Assembly (NCBI GenBank): GCA_964016885.1 | Contig: OZ024743.1 | Location: forward strand, 305,226,001-305,290,000 | Length of the DNA: 64,000 nt | Reading direction: 5' to 3' | Origin: Eledone cirrhosa | Lineage: Eukaryota | In this document: positions 11,135 through 23,729 of the stretch, piece after piece | Layout of the letters: each line of letters starts with the position of its first letter | Position numbering within the stretch: position 1 is the stretch's first letter | The notes under the pieces: model-generated | The model's database searches: none | Told to the model about the DNA's origin: nothing | The model's input: only the letters and a program-made list of their open reading frames with translations | Translations under genes and position numbers: made by a program

Positions 11135-14100
11135 ATTTTGACAGTTTTTTCATTGTTTTTATAGATGTATTTTTGTCAGCTGGTATGTAAATATCTATAA
11201 GGCTACATCTCCAATCTGTTTTGTTTTTTATGATGATATCTGGTCTGTTGGCAGTGATTTCTCAGTTGGTTATCACAGGCATATCCCACAAGATTGGATA
11301 TGTTGCCCTTTCCATGATTGTTTATGGTTGATGTTCATACCATTTGGCTGTCATACGTTTGGCTGTCATGAGTGCGACAGATCCTGTGCACATATTTGGC
11401 AATGCTATTGTGTCTTTCGATATAGTCAGTTTTGCCAGCTCTGGACACCCAGATAACATGATCTACCATTTCTTCATGTTTGTAGCATATTCTGCATAGA
11501 ATAGTCCCATCTTTCACTATTCTGTGTCTATAGGTCCAAGTGTTTAGAGATTGATTTTGTGTAGCAACTAAGGGTCCCTCAGTCTCTACTTTCAAACCAA
11601 TATTTCTGTGCCAGGATAGTGAGCCATGCTGATCGATATCATTGTCAGAAAGTCGTTCTGGGAATCTGCCATGTAGTGGTTTTGCCTTCCATTTACGGTT
11701 TAGTTACACTGTTTGGAGTTTCTTGGCTTTGATCTCCACAGTCATAGATAGCTGTGCAGCACTCTGTTATTGATTTTCTATTGGTACGTCTTGTTCGATG
11801 TTCAGCTATTGCCTAAATTTTCTTGACTCTTTTGTTATTGAGTGTAGTTTCTTAATTAATTCATGCTTGAGTACAGGCTTAAGGATTTCATCTTGGGTGT
11901 GGTGGAGGTAGCTATCCAATCAAATAGTTGATGTTTTGTATGCTGTTTGCAGTTGTTGGAGCCCCCTTACGTTTTCTCTCTCTGAGATATACAGTGTATA
12001 TGTACATTCATTTTAGGGTGGTGCATTTTTTCCATTGTCAATAGTTTCCTTGTCTTAGAGTCCAACCTTTGTAGTTCTTGCAGGTTCCAGTTTATGATAT
12101 TAGAGCTGGTATGTTACAACTGGTAATGCTAGACTGTTAATGTCTTTGAAATTGTTGCAGGGGTTTAGCTCACTTTTTGTTACCAGTCTCACTCTCTTTA
12201 TGTACTCCTTCTGTATCTTTCCCTTCATACTTGCATGCTGGATTCCATCTCCTTCATTAACTCCAAGATATTTGTAGAACTCTTGATTGTTAAGTTCCTT
12301 TATCGTAGTTTGTTGGTCTATGACAATATCTTTATGGTTAGAAAGCAACTCTATCTTGAATGTTGCTTTTGCACACTTGTCCAGTCTAAATTTCACATGG
12401 ATGTTATCACTGAATTGTTTTACTGTTTGCAGTAAACCTTCCAGCTGCCCATCATTGTTTCCAAATAACTTGATATCATCCATATAAAGGTGACTGTAGT
12501 GGCTGTTATCTATTTTATATCCATAGCCTGTCCTCTGCACTAACTTACTTAACGGAGCAAGTGACATACAGAACAGCAAAGGGGTCAATGTGTCGCCTTG
12601 GAATATTCCATGATTAATCTTGATCTGTCTAGATTCCAGTGGTCCATTGTGGTGTTGAAGGCCCATCGGAGATTTCCAGTCTGTCATCATTTCCTTCAGG
12701 AAAGTTGTGATCTCAGGTGCTATGTGATGGATTTCTAGAGTATTCATGATCTATGTAGTGGTGGTCTGAGGTACACTGTCAAATGCCTTCTTGTAGTCTA
12801 TCCAGGTCATTGACAAGTTTTTATTTTTCTGTTTGCAGTTTTCCATTATGAATCTATTCATCAGTAGCTGATTTTTGCACCCATAACTCTCTTGTTTACA
12901 GCCTTTTTGTTCAGGTGGCAATAGATCTCCAAAGATGAAGTAATTGTAGACCCTGTTGGTAATCACTGATATGAAGGCTTTGTACATCGTTGGGAGACAT
13001 GTAAATGGTCTGAAGTTTTGGGATATTCTGTGCATTCATTCTTTGGTAGAAGATACGTTATGCCAGTTGTCATCTACTTTGGGACCTTTCTTGGGTTTGC
13101 TACAATCCTGGAGAATTCAGCAGCCAAGGCTTCATGGAGCACATCCAGATGTTTCAGTTACAAATTCTGCACACCATCTCTGCCAGGGGATTTCCAGTTT
13201 CCAGCATTGCTGACTGCTGTTTTTATTTCTTGGGAGGTGATCTAATTCCATTCCTGGGTTCAAGTAGGGATTTCCAATTGTTTCAGCCATGTGGCATTGG
13301 AGTTGTGGTCTTTAGCTTTTTCCCAGATATTTGCCCAAAATTGTTCAACTTCATCAAGCTCAGGTGGTTGCCTTATTTCAATATTTTTCTTACATAACTC
13401 TCTATAAAATCTTTTGTCACCTTTGGCAAAGATGTTGCTTTGCTTAAAGAAGTTGGCTCTCTTTTTGCATCTTTTTAGTCTCTGCGCCTTTGCCTGTATC
13501 TTTTACTTGACTGATTCAGCAATTTCTTTCCAGTCTGTTGTCTGGTTGGCCTTGTATTTCTTCCTCTGTCTAGAAAGCTTTTGGGGGTGGATATCAGTTC
13601 CCTTATCTATTTCGAATACGAGAGAGACATCTCTCCTCAACTCTGTAATTGTGTTCTCCAGCGGTGTCTGCCATTTCAGTATTCCCTTTCTGTTTATTTT
13701 TCCCTTTACGCATTTTATGGTGCAGCTTGCCAGCAATCACGGTTGCAGTGGCATATAGCAGCTGGTTAATTTCATCAAGTGTTAGTAGTTTTCTGTGTTC
13801 CTTCTGATTACCTCTAGTGCTTTGTTAGCTAAGTTGACCTTCTTCTTTAGTTGATGCATGTCTGTGGGCATTTTGTACATTTTTTTCCGATCTATCAAAT
13901 CCTGCATTTTCAGAATCTTCCTCTCATGCAGAATATCTTTCTTCATTGTCCAGACAGCAGCATCAACCAGTGAGCCATCACCTACATGTTCATGTTCAGG
14001 GAGGTTCTCAACTGTGGGAGTTTCAGTAATACTCTCACTGTCTGCTGCTTGTGTTATATGCAGGTATGCTTCTTGACTGGGGTTGTTATGTTAGCCACTC

Positions 14101-14640
14101 ATCTCTCCTTTAATGGTTTCCAATTCTGATTCAGTGAGCCTTTTGCTCCTCATAACGTCTCTTCTCAAATTAGCTAACTTATTCATGTATATGTATTCTC
14201 TAGAGTTAAGGTTGGAATTCCTCCAGATTCTATAAGTTTCTTGTGTTGACGAATTCTCTCTTGGAAACAGGATGACAGTATAGTATGCAGCCATCACTGC
14301 TTTGTATTCTTCTCTGGTCCATGTTTGTCATGGCTTTTTAGCATGTACCTTGATGTTGTCACCCTGTGGCTGATTGTGAGGTCTATCCGCAGTATGTGGG
14401 TCACTGCAGGGTGTATGGGAGAGGGTTGTACCATTTACTGATATTTTTACCTCGGTGTGGTTCCTCACTGAGTGACGTGGACCTTGGTAATCCACATGAT
14501 GACTGATGCAGTATGATTTACTTCTTGTTTGTACCATCAATTTGTTAAGGGTTTAGTTTTCTGCTTGGGTACTCTCCCATAGCCACTGATCCTAGTATGG
14601 ATCTAGCCCATGCCCCAGTGGGGTTCGTGATCCAATGAAG
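11135..14640 (-). mobile_element. Near full-length R4/Dong-like non-LTR retrotransposon (RT + CCHC + REL), decayed, extreme 3' end missing
   Basis: Start MVQTRS, then WTREEYKAVMAAYY. RT motifs FRPFTCLPTMYK, EQKG, WIDYKKAFDSVP, GIFQGDTLTPLLF, LYMDDIKLF, YKYLG. Also CRIC....EMVDHV, RHN and NRPDII. Confidence 0.9.
14549..14637 (-). ncRNA. Candidate HDV-like ribozyme in LINE 5' UTR (degenerate)
   Basis: Minus-strand order: ATTGGATC (P1), CCCCA/TGGGG hairpin (J1/2), GGGC (P2), TAG-ATCCATA-CTA (P3/L3), GATCAGT (P1'), GG, hairpin TGGG/CCCA (P4), ACTAA, ACCC (P2'). Ends about 10 nt before the ORF start. Pairings are imperfect. Confidence 0.45.
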
Positions 14641-14920
14641 TGTTGGGTACCAAGATAATATTAGCAGGGCGTGGTGTCCCATTAAGACACTCACATTCCC
14701 TACTACTGGTGCTTTTTATTGATTTTTCTTTAACTTCTTCTCTTCAACATGATACTTCCAGTTATGAAATATTGTAAGCTTATTAACTTCAATAATTTTC
14801 AAAATGACAGTAAATAACGCTACAATCCATTACTAAAATAACAACCAAGACATTTGTATCGCTTCTAGATAAATGCATTTTAAATTCTTCATAACAATGA
14901 TACTTCCAGTTATGAAATAA

Positions 14921-15200
14921 TACTTTCTACTTTTTGGCACAAGTGCAGCAATTATCCAAGTGCATTACTGGTACTTTATTTTATCAACCCCGTAAGGATG
15001 AAAGGCAAAGTTAACCTTGGCAGGAATTGAACTCAAACCATAAAGGGACGTAACTATGCTGGAAAGCATGGTGTCCGACCGTCTATGGATACTGCCAATC
15101 CACCACCAGTTATGAAATAATTTTGCTACTTGTTGGCACAAGGCCAGCACTTATCCCAGTGTATTACTGGTACTTTATTTTATCGACCCTGTAAGGATGA
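14921..15200 (-). mobile_element. SINE family 1 full copy plus adjacent partial copy
   Basis: Full copy 14921-15105 is flanked by ccagttatgaaataat direct repeats. A second 3' fragment lies at about 15120-15200. Confidence 0.85.
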
Positions 15201-15265
15201 AATAATATTAGTTCATTAACTTCAATAATATTAATAATAATAATTATTATTATTGTCATTATTAT

Positions 15266-15852
15266 TGTTTTTGTTGTGTTATTTCGTTTAGCTCAGTTGT
15301 TTCTCTGTAGCCAGGTTCAGGCCTTGAACCTAAAGCAATAGATGTTTTCATTGAAGAGAGAGTACTTGTCTGAGAATGTGTGCTGTTCCTAGTAGCTCGA
15401 TCTTCTGTAGCTCATATTTGCTCATCTTGCAGGGAAGGATGGATATTAATCCTAATGCTCCTATTACTACAGGACACCTTCCACATGTGGTTGATCTCTA
15501 TTTCCAGGTCTTTGTAGTTTGACAGTTTTGCCATTGTTTTTATAGATGTATTCTTGTCAGCTCGTATGGACATATATATAAGGCTACATGTCCAATCTGT
15601 TTTGTTTTTTTATGCTGATATCTGGTCTGTTGGCAGTGATTTTTTTTTTTTTTTCAGTCGGTTATCACAGGCATTTCCCACAAGATGGATTTGTTGCCCT
15701 TTTCTATGACTGTTTATGGTTGATGTTCATACAATTTGTTAGACGTTTGGATGTCATGAAAGCGGCAGAGCATCCAGTGCACATATTTGGCAATGCTGTT
15801 GTGACTTTCAATATAGTCAGTTTTTACCAGCTCTGGACACCCAGAGATAACA
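15266..15852 (-). mobile_element. 5'-truncated copy of the same R4/Dong-like family, inserted in (TAA)n
   Basis: About 15515-15850 aligns by eye to about 11135-11455 and continues to a 3' end. (ATT/AAT)n tracts on both flanks. Confidence 0.85.
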
Positions 15853-15896
15853 TTATTATTATTATTATTTTTATTTTCTTTCATTATAGTTTCTGA

Positions 15897-17227
15897 GATA
15901 TATGCCGAGTGTCATCCTGACACCTAGGACAAATAAATTCACAGTGTGCATTGGTAAGCCAGTTAATACAGCACATTGATCATAAATAAAAAATTAAAAA
16001 AATAGTATACATATATACACATGTGCATATGCATATGTAAATACAAGGAGGGATATCAATCTTACAGAGATAGTGCTCTTCTCAATACGTGTGCAGTACC
16101 AGTCAAAACAATTTTTTACACCTCGTGCAGCAGAGATTGTAAACCAGGAATCATTTGCAAATATTGTTCTGTTCCTTTCTTAATCATTCCCAGTCCTCCC
16201 ACAATCAATGGTATTGTAACAGCCTTGAGGTGCCACATTTTCTCAATTTCAATAAGCAGATATTTATATTTTCGTAGCTTGTCAAATTCTTTTGCCGCGA
16301 TATTGTGATCACATGGGATGCTCATATCTATCAACAAACAAACCTTGTTATGTTGATCTTTTATAATGATGTCAGATCTATTTTCTTTTATGGTCCTGTC
16401 AGTATGTACAGGAAAGTCCAAGAGAATTGTTACTTTTTCTGCTTCAGTTACAGCCTCAGGGTGATGGTTGTACCACTTGTCTTCTGCTTTGATTTTGTAA
16501 TGCCGACATATTACCCCAGTGTAGATATTGGCCAACTCTGTCATGTCTATATTTGTATTCTACTGGTGCTAAAACTTTACATCCAGAGACTAAGTGATCC
16601 ACTGTTTCAACCGCAGCATTGCAGAATCAGCACTTTGGGTTTATTCCGTTTCTCATCACATTGGCCTGGTAATTACGAGTCAATAAGCTTTGATCTTGGG
16701 CAGCTAAGATGAAACCTTCACTCTCCGGCTTTAGCCTTGAACTACATAGCCACTGATGGGTGTGCTTTTGTTCAACATCAGCTTGTTTGCTACAGGCCGC
16801 ATATTTGCCATGCAGAGGTTTCTGCTCCCAATTTGATGCTAATTGTCCTTGCCCTTTTGCTTTTGCCAGTGATTTTATGTGCCTAGCAGCATCAGTTGGA
16901 ACAGTTTCTTTAATCTGTCCAGCCTGGGTATCAAGCATGAGATCAGTAGCATAATTTTTGCTCTCCTTCAAGATAGAATGAAGCTTCTTACTTCTCTCAT
17001 GCATTTCAATAAGTTTCAGCATACAGTCGTTAGTTGTTTCAAGGTATTTGGCCAGTCCAATGATGGTGGTCTTGTAAGCAAATTCAAATTGGATCAGGCC
17101 ACGGCCTCCTTCAGTTCTAGGAAGGTAAAGACGATCTACATCTGCTTTTGGTGTCGATACTTTTGCTTTCACTCATATTCCAGTTCAACACACCGAAGCT
17201 ATAAGTGACAACTAGGACTGCCAAGGA
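15897..17227 (-). mobile_element. 5'-truncated R4/Dong-like LINE, second family, next to (TAA)n
   Basis: ADVDRLYLPRTEGGRGL, KPLHGKY, ESEGFILAAQDQSLLTRNY, and REL motif R(P)DIIIKD....CLLIDMSIP......KEFDKLRKY. (ATT)n at 17228-17243. Confidence 0.9.
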
Positions 17228-17243
17228 ATTATTATTATTATTA

Positions 17244-17440
17244 TAGAGCATCAGACACCATGCTATGCAGCATAGAGTTATGGCTCTTTAAGTTCTGAGT
17301 TCAAATTCGCCGACGTTAACTTTGCCTTTCATCCTTACGGGGTCGATAAAATAAAGCACCAGTAACGTACTGGGGTCGATTTAATCGACTTTCCCCTTCC
17401 CCCCAAATTACTGACCTTGTGCTTATACTAGAAATCATTA
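17244..17440 (+). mobile_element. SINE family 1 copy (5'-truncated)
   Basis: gttcaaattc B box, core, and tail ccttgtgcttatactagaaatcattatt. Confidence 0.85.
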
Positions 17441-17981
17441 TTTAGGAGAACATAACTTGTCACTGTAAGGTTTTTATAAATGGTATTGATATGACTTTCG
17501 TGACTACTGGCAACAGAGCATGTATGCACATGCACACACATACACACACATATACACACACACATGCACACACAAGCACACATACAAAAGATAGGCTTCA
17601 TATAGATTCCCTCTACCAAATTCACTCAAAACATTGGTTGGTCTGAGACTATAATTAAGGACACTTGGTTAAAGTGCCATTTAGTAGGATAGTTCTCATG
17701 CCCTCATTGTTGCCATACACATTTTTTTAAACACACAGCTATATAATACATTAATTCAGTTTGTGAATTGTTATTATTATTTATGCCCAGGTCAACCCTT
17801 ATTGGGTAGATCTCTACTTAAAGTGTTTCCATCTGTGAAGTTATAAATAGTTTAGTTAAAATATGAGAATATATATTTTTCATAAAAAATGGCAACACAA
17901 AAGTAAGATACTTAGAAAAGTTCAGCAATGCTGAAAAACCTGAGCAACACATGTAAATAAGGGAAAAACAAGTATACGTAC

Positions 17982-18320
17982 TTTGACAAGTGCCATTCTC
18001 AATAGTAATATCATCAAGAGCCATTCTTTTATTTATTGCATTTCCAGCAGTAGCAGTGAATATAATTCTTCCTCTTTTACTGGGTAAATTCATGCAACCA
18101 TATTGCCATTTATCCCCATGGTTTCCAGAATCTTGCCAGTCATATTTTGCTTCAGTATTCTGTGGTTTTACTCCATCATCCACAAATCTTACTTGTAGTT
18201 CATTACCAGTCATGTAGTAAGAGAAAGTGACTTTGGTGTTGAATGGCGGTAAATCAGCCAGAGGTGATATCACAGAGTATTTACTCCTGCGATTGTAGTA
18301 ATATTCATAGGCCAGATAGT
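17982..18320 (-). CDS. Exon of tandem MAM-domain protein (MAM repeat B, C-terminal part)
   Basis: 339 nt, phase 1/1, acceptor ttttatAG, donor GTACGT. Encodes DYLAYEYYYNRRSKYSVISP...VTFSYYMTG...GNHGDKWQYGC...MALDDITIENGTCQ. Confidence 0.9.
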
Positions 18321-19379
18321 CTATAAAACAAACAGATAAGTTGTAGTTATTTTCACTATTAAAATTTAACTATGCTATTTATTTGCAAAGATATACTTGC
18401 AAAATAAAATAGATTCGATTTATAATTGGAAAAAAACAAAACATATTTCAGTTTCCATATGATTATTTAGAAAAAAAAAATGTTAAATAACACCATTAAT
18501 TACTTATAAATATATTTTTAACATCAAGGTTTTGTCTGTTTTATATTCATTTATATTGCAAGTGGTGAGGTCTTTGGTTTTCCAGTGGGATCTGTCTACT
18601 GAGTCTTGACACAAAAGCAAATATTAGAATAATGGTACTGGTATAGTATGCTGTAGATTATGAAGACAGCCTACATGACTGACATATATGTCCTAGAACA
18701 AGTAGGCAGCCATCACAGCCAACTAAACACTGCATAAGCAAAAACTAATATACTTTAGTTATATTTATCTCCAGCCATTCAAAAGTTATGGGTGAACTGA
18801 CATAAATGGTAATGTTGGGCAAGTCTCACCATAGAAAATTGCAATGTTATAGAAGATTACTTTTTTTATAAAGTGTTGGAAGTGAGTGTGATAAGTTGAT
18901 ACTTGGCAGGTCAGGGACATTAGATTTTTTAGAAAAGAGAGATACTGTGGCATGTTTCCACAAATTAGGACTAATTGCTGTTGAGAGAGAGCATAAGGTT
19001 GAAGATCTTAGTGAGATTAGATACTAGCTCTAGGGTGCACTATTTGAGGGTGATGAAAAGGGCTTGTGATTTTAGAGTGTGACTCTGTACATTGGTGGGG
19101 ACACTATAGCTGTTACTGAATCTCCTTCCTTCCAAATTGTATGAGATCTTGGCTGTCAGTTTAGTGACCAATAATATACTCTACTAATATAGACTCTATC
19201 ATTGACTTTACATCAGTGTGTTATTTGAATGTAGGATGATTCTGAAGTTGGTTACACCAACAAACAACCGTACTTCTCTGAAGAGAAATTATGAACTACT
19301 TTTCTTTCTCTAGTTTTCCAACATAAACGTGATCCCTTAACAGAAATTATCAACTTCATTTAATGAGCAATCAGAGAGA

Positions 19380-19560
19380 GAGGGGGGGGGGGGATAGACT
19401 CAACCCTTGTACTGGACTGCTGCTTTATTTACTGAACTTGAAAAGGTGAAAGGCAAAATTAACATCAGCAAAATTTGAACTCAGAACAAAATGAGCCAGT
19501 ACATGTTACCAAGGTATTTTTTAATCAGATGCCATACTGATTGTGCCAATTCCCTGCCTT
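19380..19560 (-). mobile_element. SINE family 1 copy (diverged) whose head seeds the minisatellite
   Basis: gaaaggcaaaattaacatcagcaaaatttgaactcagaac core. Head tgccaattccctgcctt. Confidence 0.65.
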
Positions 19561-20105
19561 GTGTACTAAGACATCCCTGCCAATTCCCTGCCTTGGGTAC
19601 TAAATAAGACAAACTTGTTAATTCTCTGCCTTGGGTACTAAATAAGACAAACTTGTTAATTCTCTGCCTTGGGTACTAAATATGATATCCCTGCCAATTC
19701 CCTGCCTTGGGTACTAAATAAGATATCCCTGTCAATTCCCTGCCTTGGGTACTAAATATGATATCCCTGCCAATTCCCTGCCTTGGGTACTAAATATGAT
19801 ATCCCTGCCAATTCCCTGCCTTGGGTACTAAATATGATATCCCTGACAATTCCCTGCCTTGGGTACTAAATATGATATCCCTGTCAATTCCCTGCCTTGG
19901 GTACTAAATAAGATATCCCTGTCAATTCCCTGCCTTGGGTACTAAATATGATATCCCTGCCAATTCCCTGCCTTGGGTACTAAATATGATATCCCTGCCA
20001 ATTCCCTGCCTTGGGTACTAAATATGATATCCCTGCCAATTCCCTGCCTTGGGTACTAAATAAGACATCCCTGCCAATTCCCTGCCTTGGGTACTAACTA
20101 AGACA
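19545..20105. repeat. 38-bp minisatellite, about 14-15 copies
   Basis: Unit ccctgccaattccctgccttgggtactaaatatgatat, with variants. Confidence 0.97.
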
Positions 20106-20299
20106 TATTTATATGCTGTGCTTGTAATTTTGTTAACTTATATATATTTGTCCTGTTGCCCTGTCAGCTTCATGCCAAAGATTGGTTACAGGTATGTAAA
20201 TATAAGAACTCATTATCCTTTAATATTATTTGAAATTATTGATTAGCATTTTTAATTATTTCTCCGTAAAACAATAAGAAATAGAACAAAAATAATTAC

Positions 20300-20419
20300 C
20301 CCCAAGTTTCCTGTAATTTGGTGCTGGAATCTTCTTAATGCTCCAGCCTTCCCGATAATAATGCTTTTCAAAATCATAACCACAACTGTCTCTATTAAAA
20401 TTACAGCTAATATTCCAGT
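20300..20419 (-). CDS. Exon of tandem MAM-domain protein (MAM repeat B, N-terminal part)
   Basis: Not in the ORF track. 120 nt, phase 1/1, acceptor ttgcAG, donor GTAAT. Encodes WNISCNFNRDSCGYDFEKHYYREGWSIKKIPAPNYRKLG (C.F....C.Y...W pattern). Confidence 0.88.
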
Positions 20420-21239
20420 CTGCAATTAATATAAAATGTTTGAGTTAAGAAATAAATTCAATTATAAAGCAGGAATTACTCACCAAGTCAACACTTTTGG
20501 TAACCAAACTGTATTCTAAAGCACATTTCTTTTCAATCTTTCATCACAGAATGCTTCATTCTCAATATATCCACAAGCTTTAATTTGTACAACTAGCAGA
20601 AATATATTTTAATTATGGTGGGTATAATAGTTTTTTCTTATGGAATTATTAATATATATGAATATCAGCTGCTTTGATAGTGTTGCATATTCTTAATTGT
20701 GAACACATCAAGTTGAATCACCAACAAGTTACCAGGGAAACTGGATGGACAGATACTGTTTAGAAGCCCATCAGATGGATTGTATTTATCATTCAGACTA
20801 CAAGCCTTATCACACACTGTGTCACACTGTATCCCCATGAGAATTACATTAAAGGTATACATATTTGTGGAATGCTTAGCCACTTGCATGTTAATTTCAC
20901 AAGTGGGCTATTCTATTGATTAAACAACCAAAATGCTCATAGTTGAAAACTGACAGAGACACTTATTATCATATACTTAACAACTTGATATGTGTGTGTA
21001 TATACAGGGTGACACAAAAACAAATGATATAATGAAATTCCACTATCTCACAGGTTTGTGTCTATCATGTATCTTGAGTAGTTTATCAATGTATCTTTTC
21101 ATATAACTACCAACAACTATGAACATAATATCATTTTTGATTGTTTCATGGTATTCAACCATATTAGATAACCTGTCCACTATCACAAGTATTAGATAAC
21201 TATGCACTCAGTATTCTTCAAACTCCCATATTTCAAAAT

Positions 21240-21720
21240 ACTGATAAGAAGAGTCGGATGTAGTATGTAAAAGAGAACATTATGTTGGTATGGATATGTG
21301 ATGAGTAAGATGAGTGAGAACTATATAAAAAAAGTCACAAGTATTTGTAGCAGATGAAACACATGGAAGAGGGAGACCAACGAAGACAAGAAATTAAGTA
21401 ATGAAAAATGAATTCAAGAAACTGAACCCCATGAAGGTGATGATACTCGATCATATTGACTGGCAACTTGATGTATTAGAAGGACCCATCATCTGTACTA
21501 GCACTGCTAAGCAAAAGGTTGATTTATGAGAAATTGGTGACTGAATAGGGCAGAAATGTCCCTTTTAGCCTAGTGTTGCTGTCACAATAAAATACACTCA
21601 GTATTCCCTGTAAAGTTAAGGACAATCAAATCAAGACTACATAGGATATAGAGGACCGTTTGGTCCTGTTGAGGACTTCACAACATCTATAGTGTTGGTG
21701 CTACAATAAAACACACCCAA
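21240..21720 (+). mobile_element. RTE LINE 3' remnant and tail repeats
   Basis: Decayed RR..LCWYGYV and GRGRP motifs, followed by repeated gtg.tg.tgc.acaataaa tail units. Confidence 0.5.
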
Positions 21721-21737
21721 TATACTATGAGGCACAT

Positions 21738-22085
21738 GGAGGCACATGGCTTAGTGGTTAGAGCATTGGCCTTGCAATCGAAAGGTTGTGAGTTCAATTC
21801 TCAGATCGGGTGATGTGTTGTTTCTTTGCGCAAGACACTTTATTTCACATTGTTACAGTTTACTCAGCTGTATAAATGAGATGATAGGGACTGGGGTCCC
21901 TATCATTCCGCTGTAAAGTGGTCGTGTAGGTGCCATGGCAAAAAAGCACCCAGCACTCACTGTAAATGAGGTTGGTGTTAGGAAGGGCATCCAGCTGTAG
22001 AAATCAAGCCAGAATCAGTTCCCGTCCCACTCTTGCAAGCAGGGAAAAGCGAACGTCAAATGAAATGATGGTGAAATGAAATGAA
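21738..22085 (+). mobile_element. tRNA-derived SINE family 2 with RTE-type tail
   Basis: ggaggcacatggcttagtggttagag (A box), gagttcaattc (B box), tail ggttggtgttaggaagggcatccagc...(aaatg)n. Near copy of 29641-29970. Confidence 0.88.
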
Positions 22086-22810
22086 AGGGTAGTGCTGGTG
22101 CTACAATAAAATGCATGTACTACTCAGCATGGAAAATAGTCATAATCCATTCCAGTATAGAAATACAGACATGAAACTAATGATGGTGATGGTGAAGAAA
22201 TCTAACCCCCCAATCCCATTCCATCTCCCCACACACTACTGATAGATGTCGCTCACTCTTTTGAAGGCCCTACCTACATCCTAAAGCTTTCCCCCTCCCT
22301 CTCCCACTGAGGGATGATTTCTTCCCTTGGCAAATAAGATGCTTTCTCTGTTTTAATGTTCAACCCTGTAATGTGGTTGGCATTAGGAAGGGCATTGTAG
22401 AACCCATGCCAAAATGGAATATAAAAGCAAGGCATGATATCTGACCTCAGAATGTGACAACTTGTCTAACCCTTGTCAGCATGGAAAATGGTGATGAAGA
22501 TCTGTTATTGAATATGTTGCAAGTGAAGATTTAATGTATACATTTAATTGGATTGGAATAAACTTGTGCATATACAGATGCACATGTACACATGCAGACA
22601 TACATATAAGCTAACATACAAAGTTTGTCTGAAAAGTTCATAGGAATCTCTGAAAAGAAGCAAGAGTTAAAATTAATGTATGCAAGATTTCACAGCTCTT
22701 GCATCACTCCTTCATAAACAAACTTTTCAGCTGACCCTCATATACATAAGGTTCAGCTATAAACTATAAAATAACATTGAAATAATGTAATAAGATTTGT
22801 ATTCTCTCAC

Positions 22811-22905
22811 TTGAGCAGCCTTTTGTTGATATTGTTATATCATCGATAGCTATCTTATTAAATGCATGTGTTGCTCGGACAGCCTCAAATACCATTTGGT
22901 GATAG
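22811..22905 (-). CDS. Exon of tandem MAM-domain protein (MAM repeat A, C-terminal part)
   Basis: Not in the ORF track. 95 nt, acceptor tttaaAG, donor GTGAG. The phase-2 start matches the previous exon. Encodes YHQMVFEAVRATHAFNKIAIDDITISTKGCS (MAM end motif IAIDDI.I....C). Confidence 0.9.
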
Positions 22906-23154
22906 CTTTAAATAAAAAGTAAACAAACAGATAGAAAATTTATAGCAAAGATAAGTGATGGAAGACCTCACAATATCAAAGTAAATATTTAACTTTATTC
23001 TACATCTTTCATTTATATATTTTAAAATACATTTAATATTTTGCTATCAATACATTTATGTTGTTATAGTCATAATAATATATTTATATTGCTATGGTTA
23101 TATCTTCTTCCTCAACTACAGTTAATGACTTGTTTTGCATTGCTGAATAATAAT

Positions 23155-23339
23155 TGTTTCTACTTATGGCACAAGGCCAGCAATTACCAAGTGTATTACT
23201 GGTACTTTATTTTATCGACCCCGTAAGGATGAAAGACAAAGTTAACCTCGGTGGGATTTGAACTCGGATCATAAAGGGCCGTGACTATGCTGCAAAGCAT
23301 GGTGTCCGACTCTCTACCGATTCTGCCAATCCACCGCCC
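23155..23339 (-). mobile_element. SINE family 1 copy with 15-bp TSD
   Basis: TSD ttgctgaataataat at 23140-23154 and 23340-23354. Confidence 0.9.
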
Positions 23340-23729
23340 TTGCTGAATAATAATGAAGACATAAACAGATATATCACACACATTTTCTACTTACATTCAA
23401 AGATTTATAAATCATTGGCTTGCTGTATCATTATCATAAATTATAGATAAATTAATTGTTGGATTTTTATGGTTAAAAGATTGAACAAACTAGGCTAGAA
23501 TTTAGCCTTCTGTGATATCCCAACCAATAAAAGAATACTTGTCAAATAACTTTAAATTTATTATATTTACTAAACACCCAGTAATTTGGTCATTTTAGTG
23601 CCACGATAAAAATCACCCAGTGCATCTTATAAATATAGTTGGCATTAGGAAGGGCATCCATAAAGCAGAAATATTTTTGTATGAACACTTGACCTGACTT
23701 GACTCACAACAGGGCAACTCGTCTAACCT

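Noticed and set aside
19545-20105. CRISPR-like 38-bp repeats
   Set aside because: No spacers. It is a simple tandem array derived from a SINE junction.
21738-21812. tRNA gene (also 29641 and the family-1 heads)
   Set aside because: A/B boxes are present but continue into SINE core and tail sequence, and no convincing full cloverleaf could be drawn.
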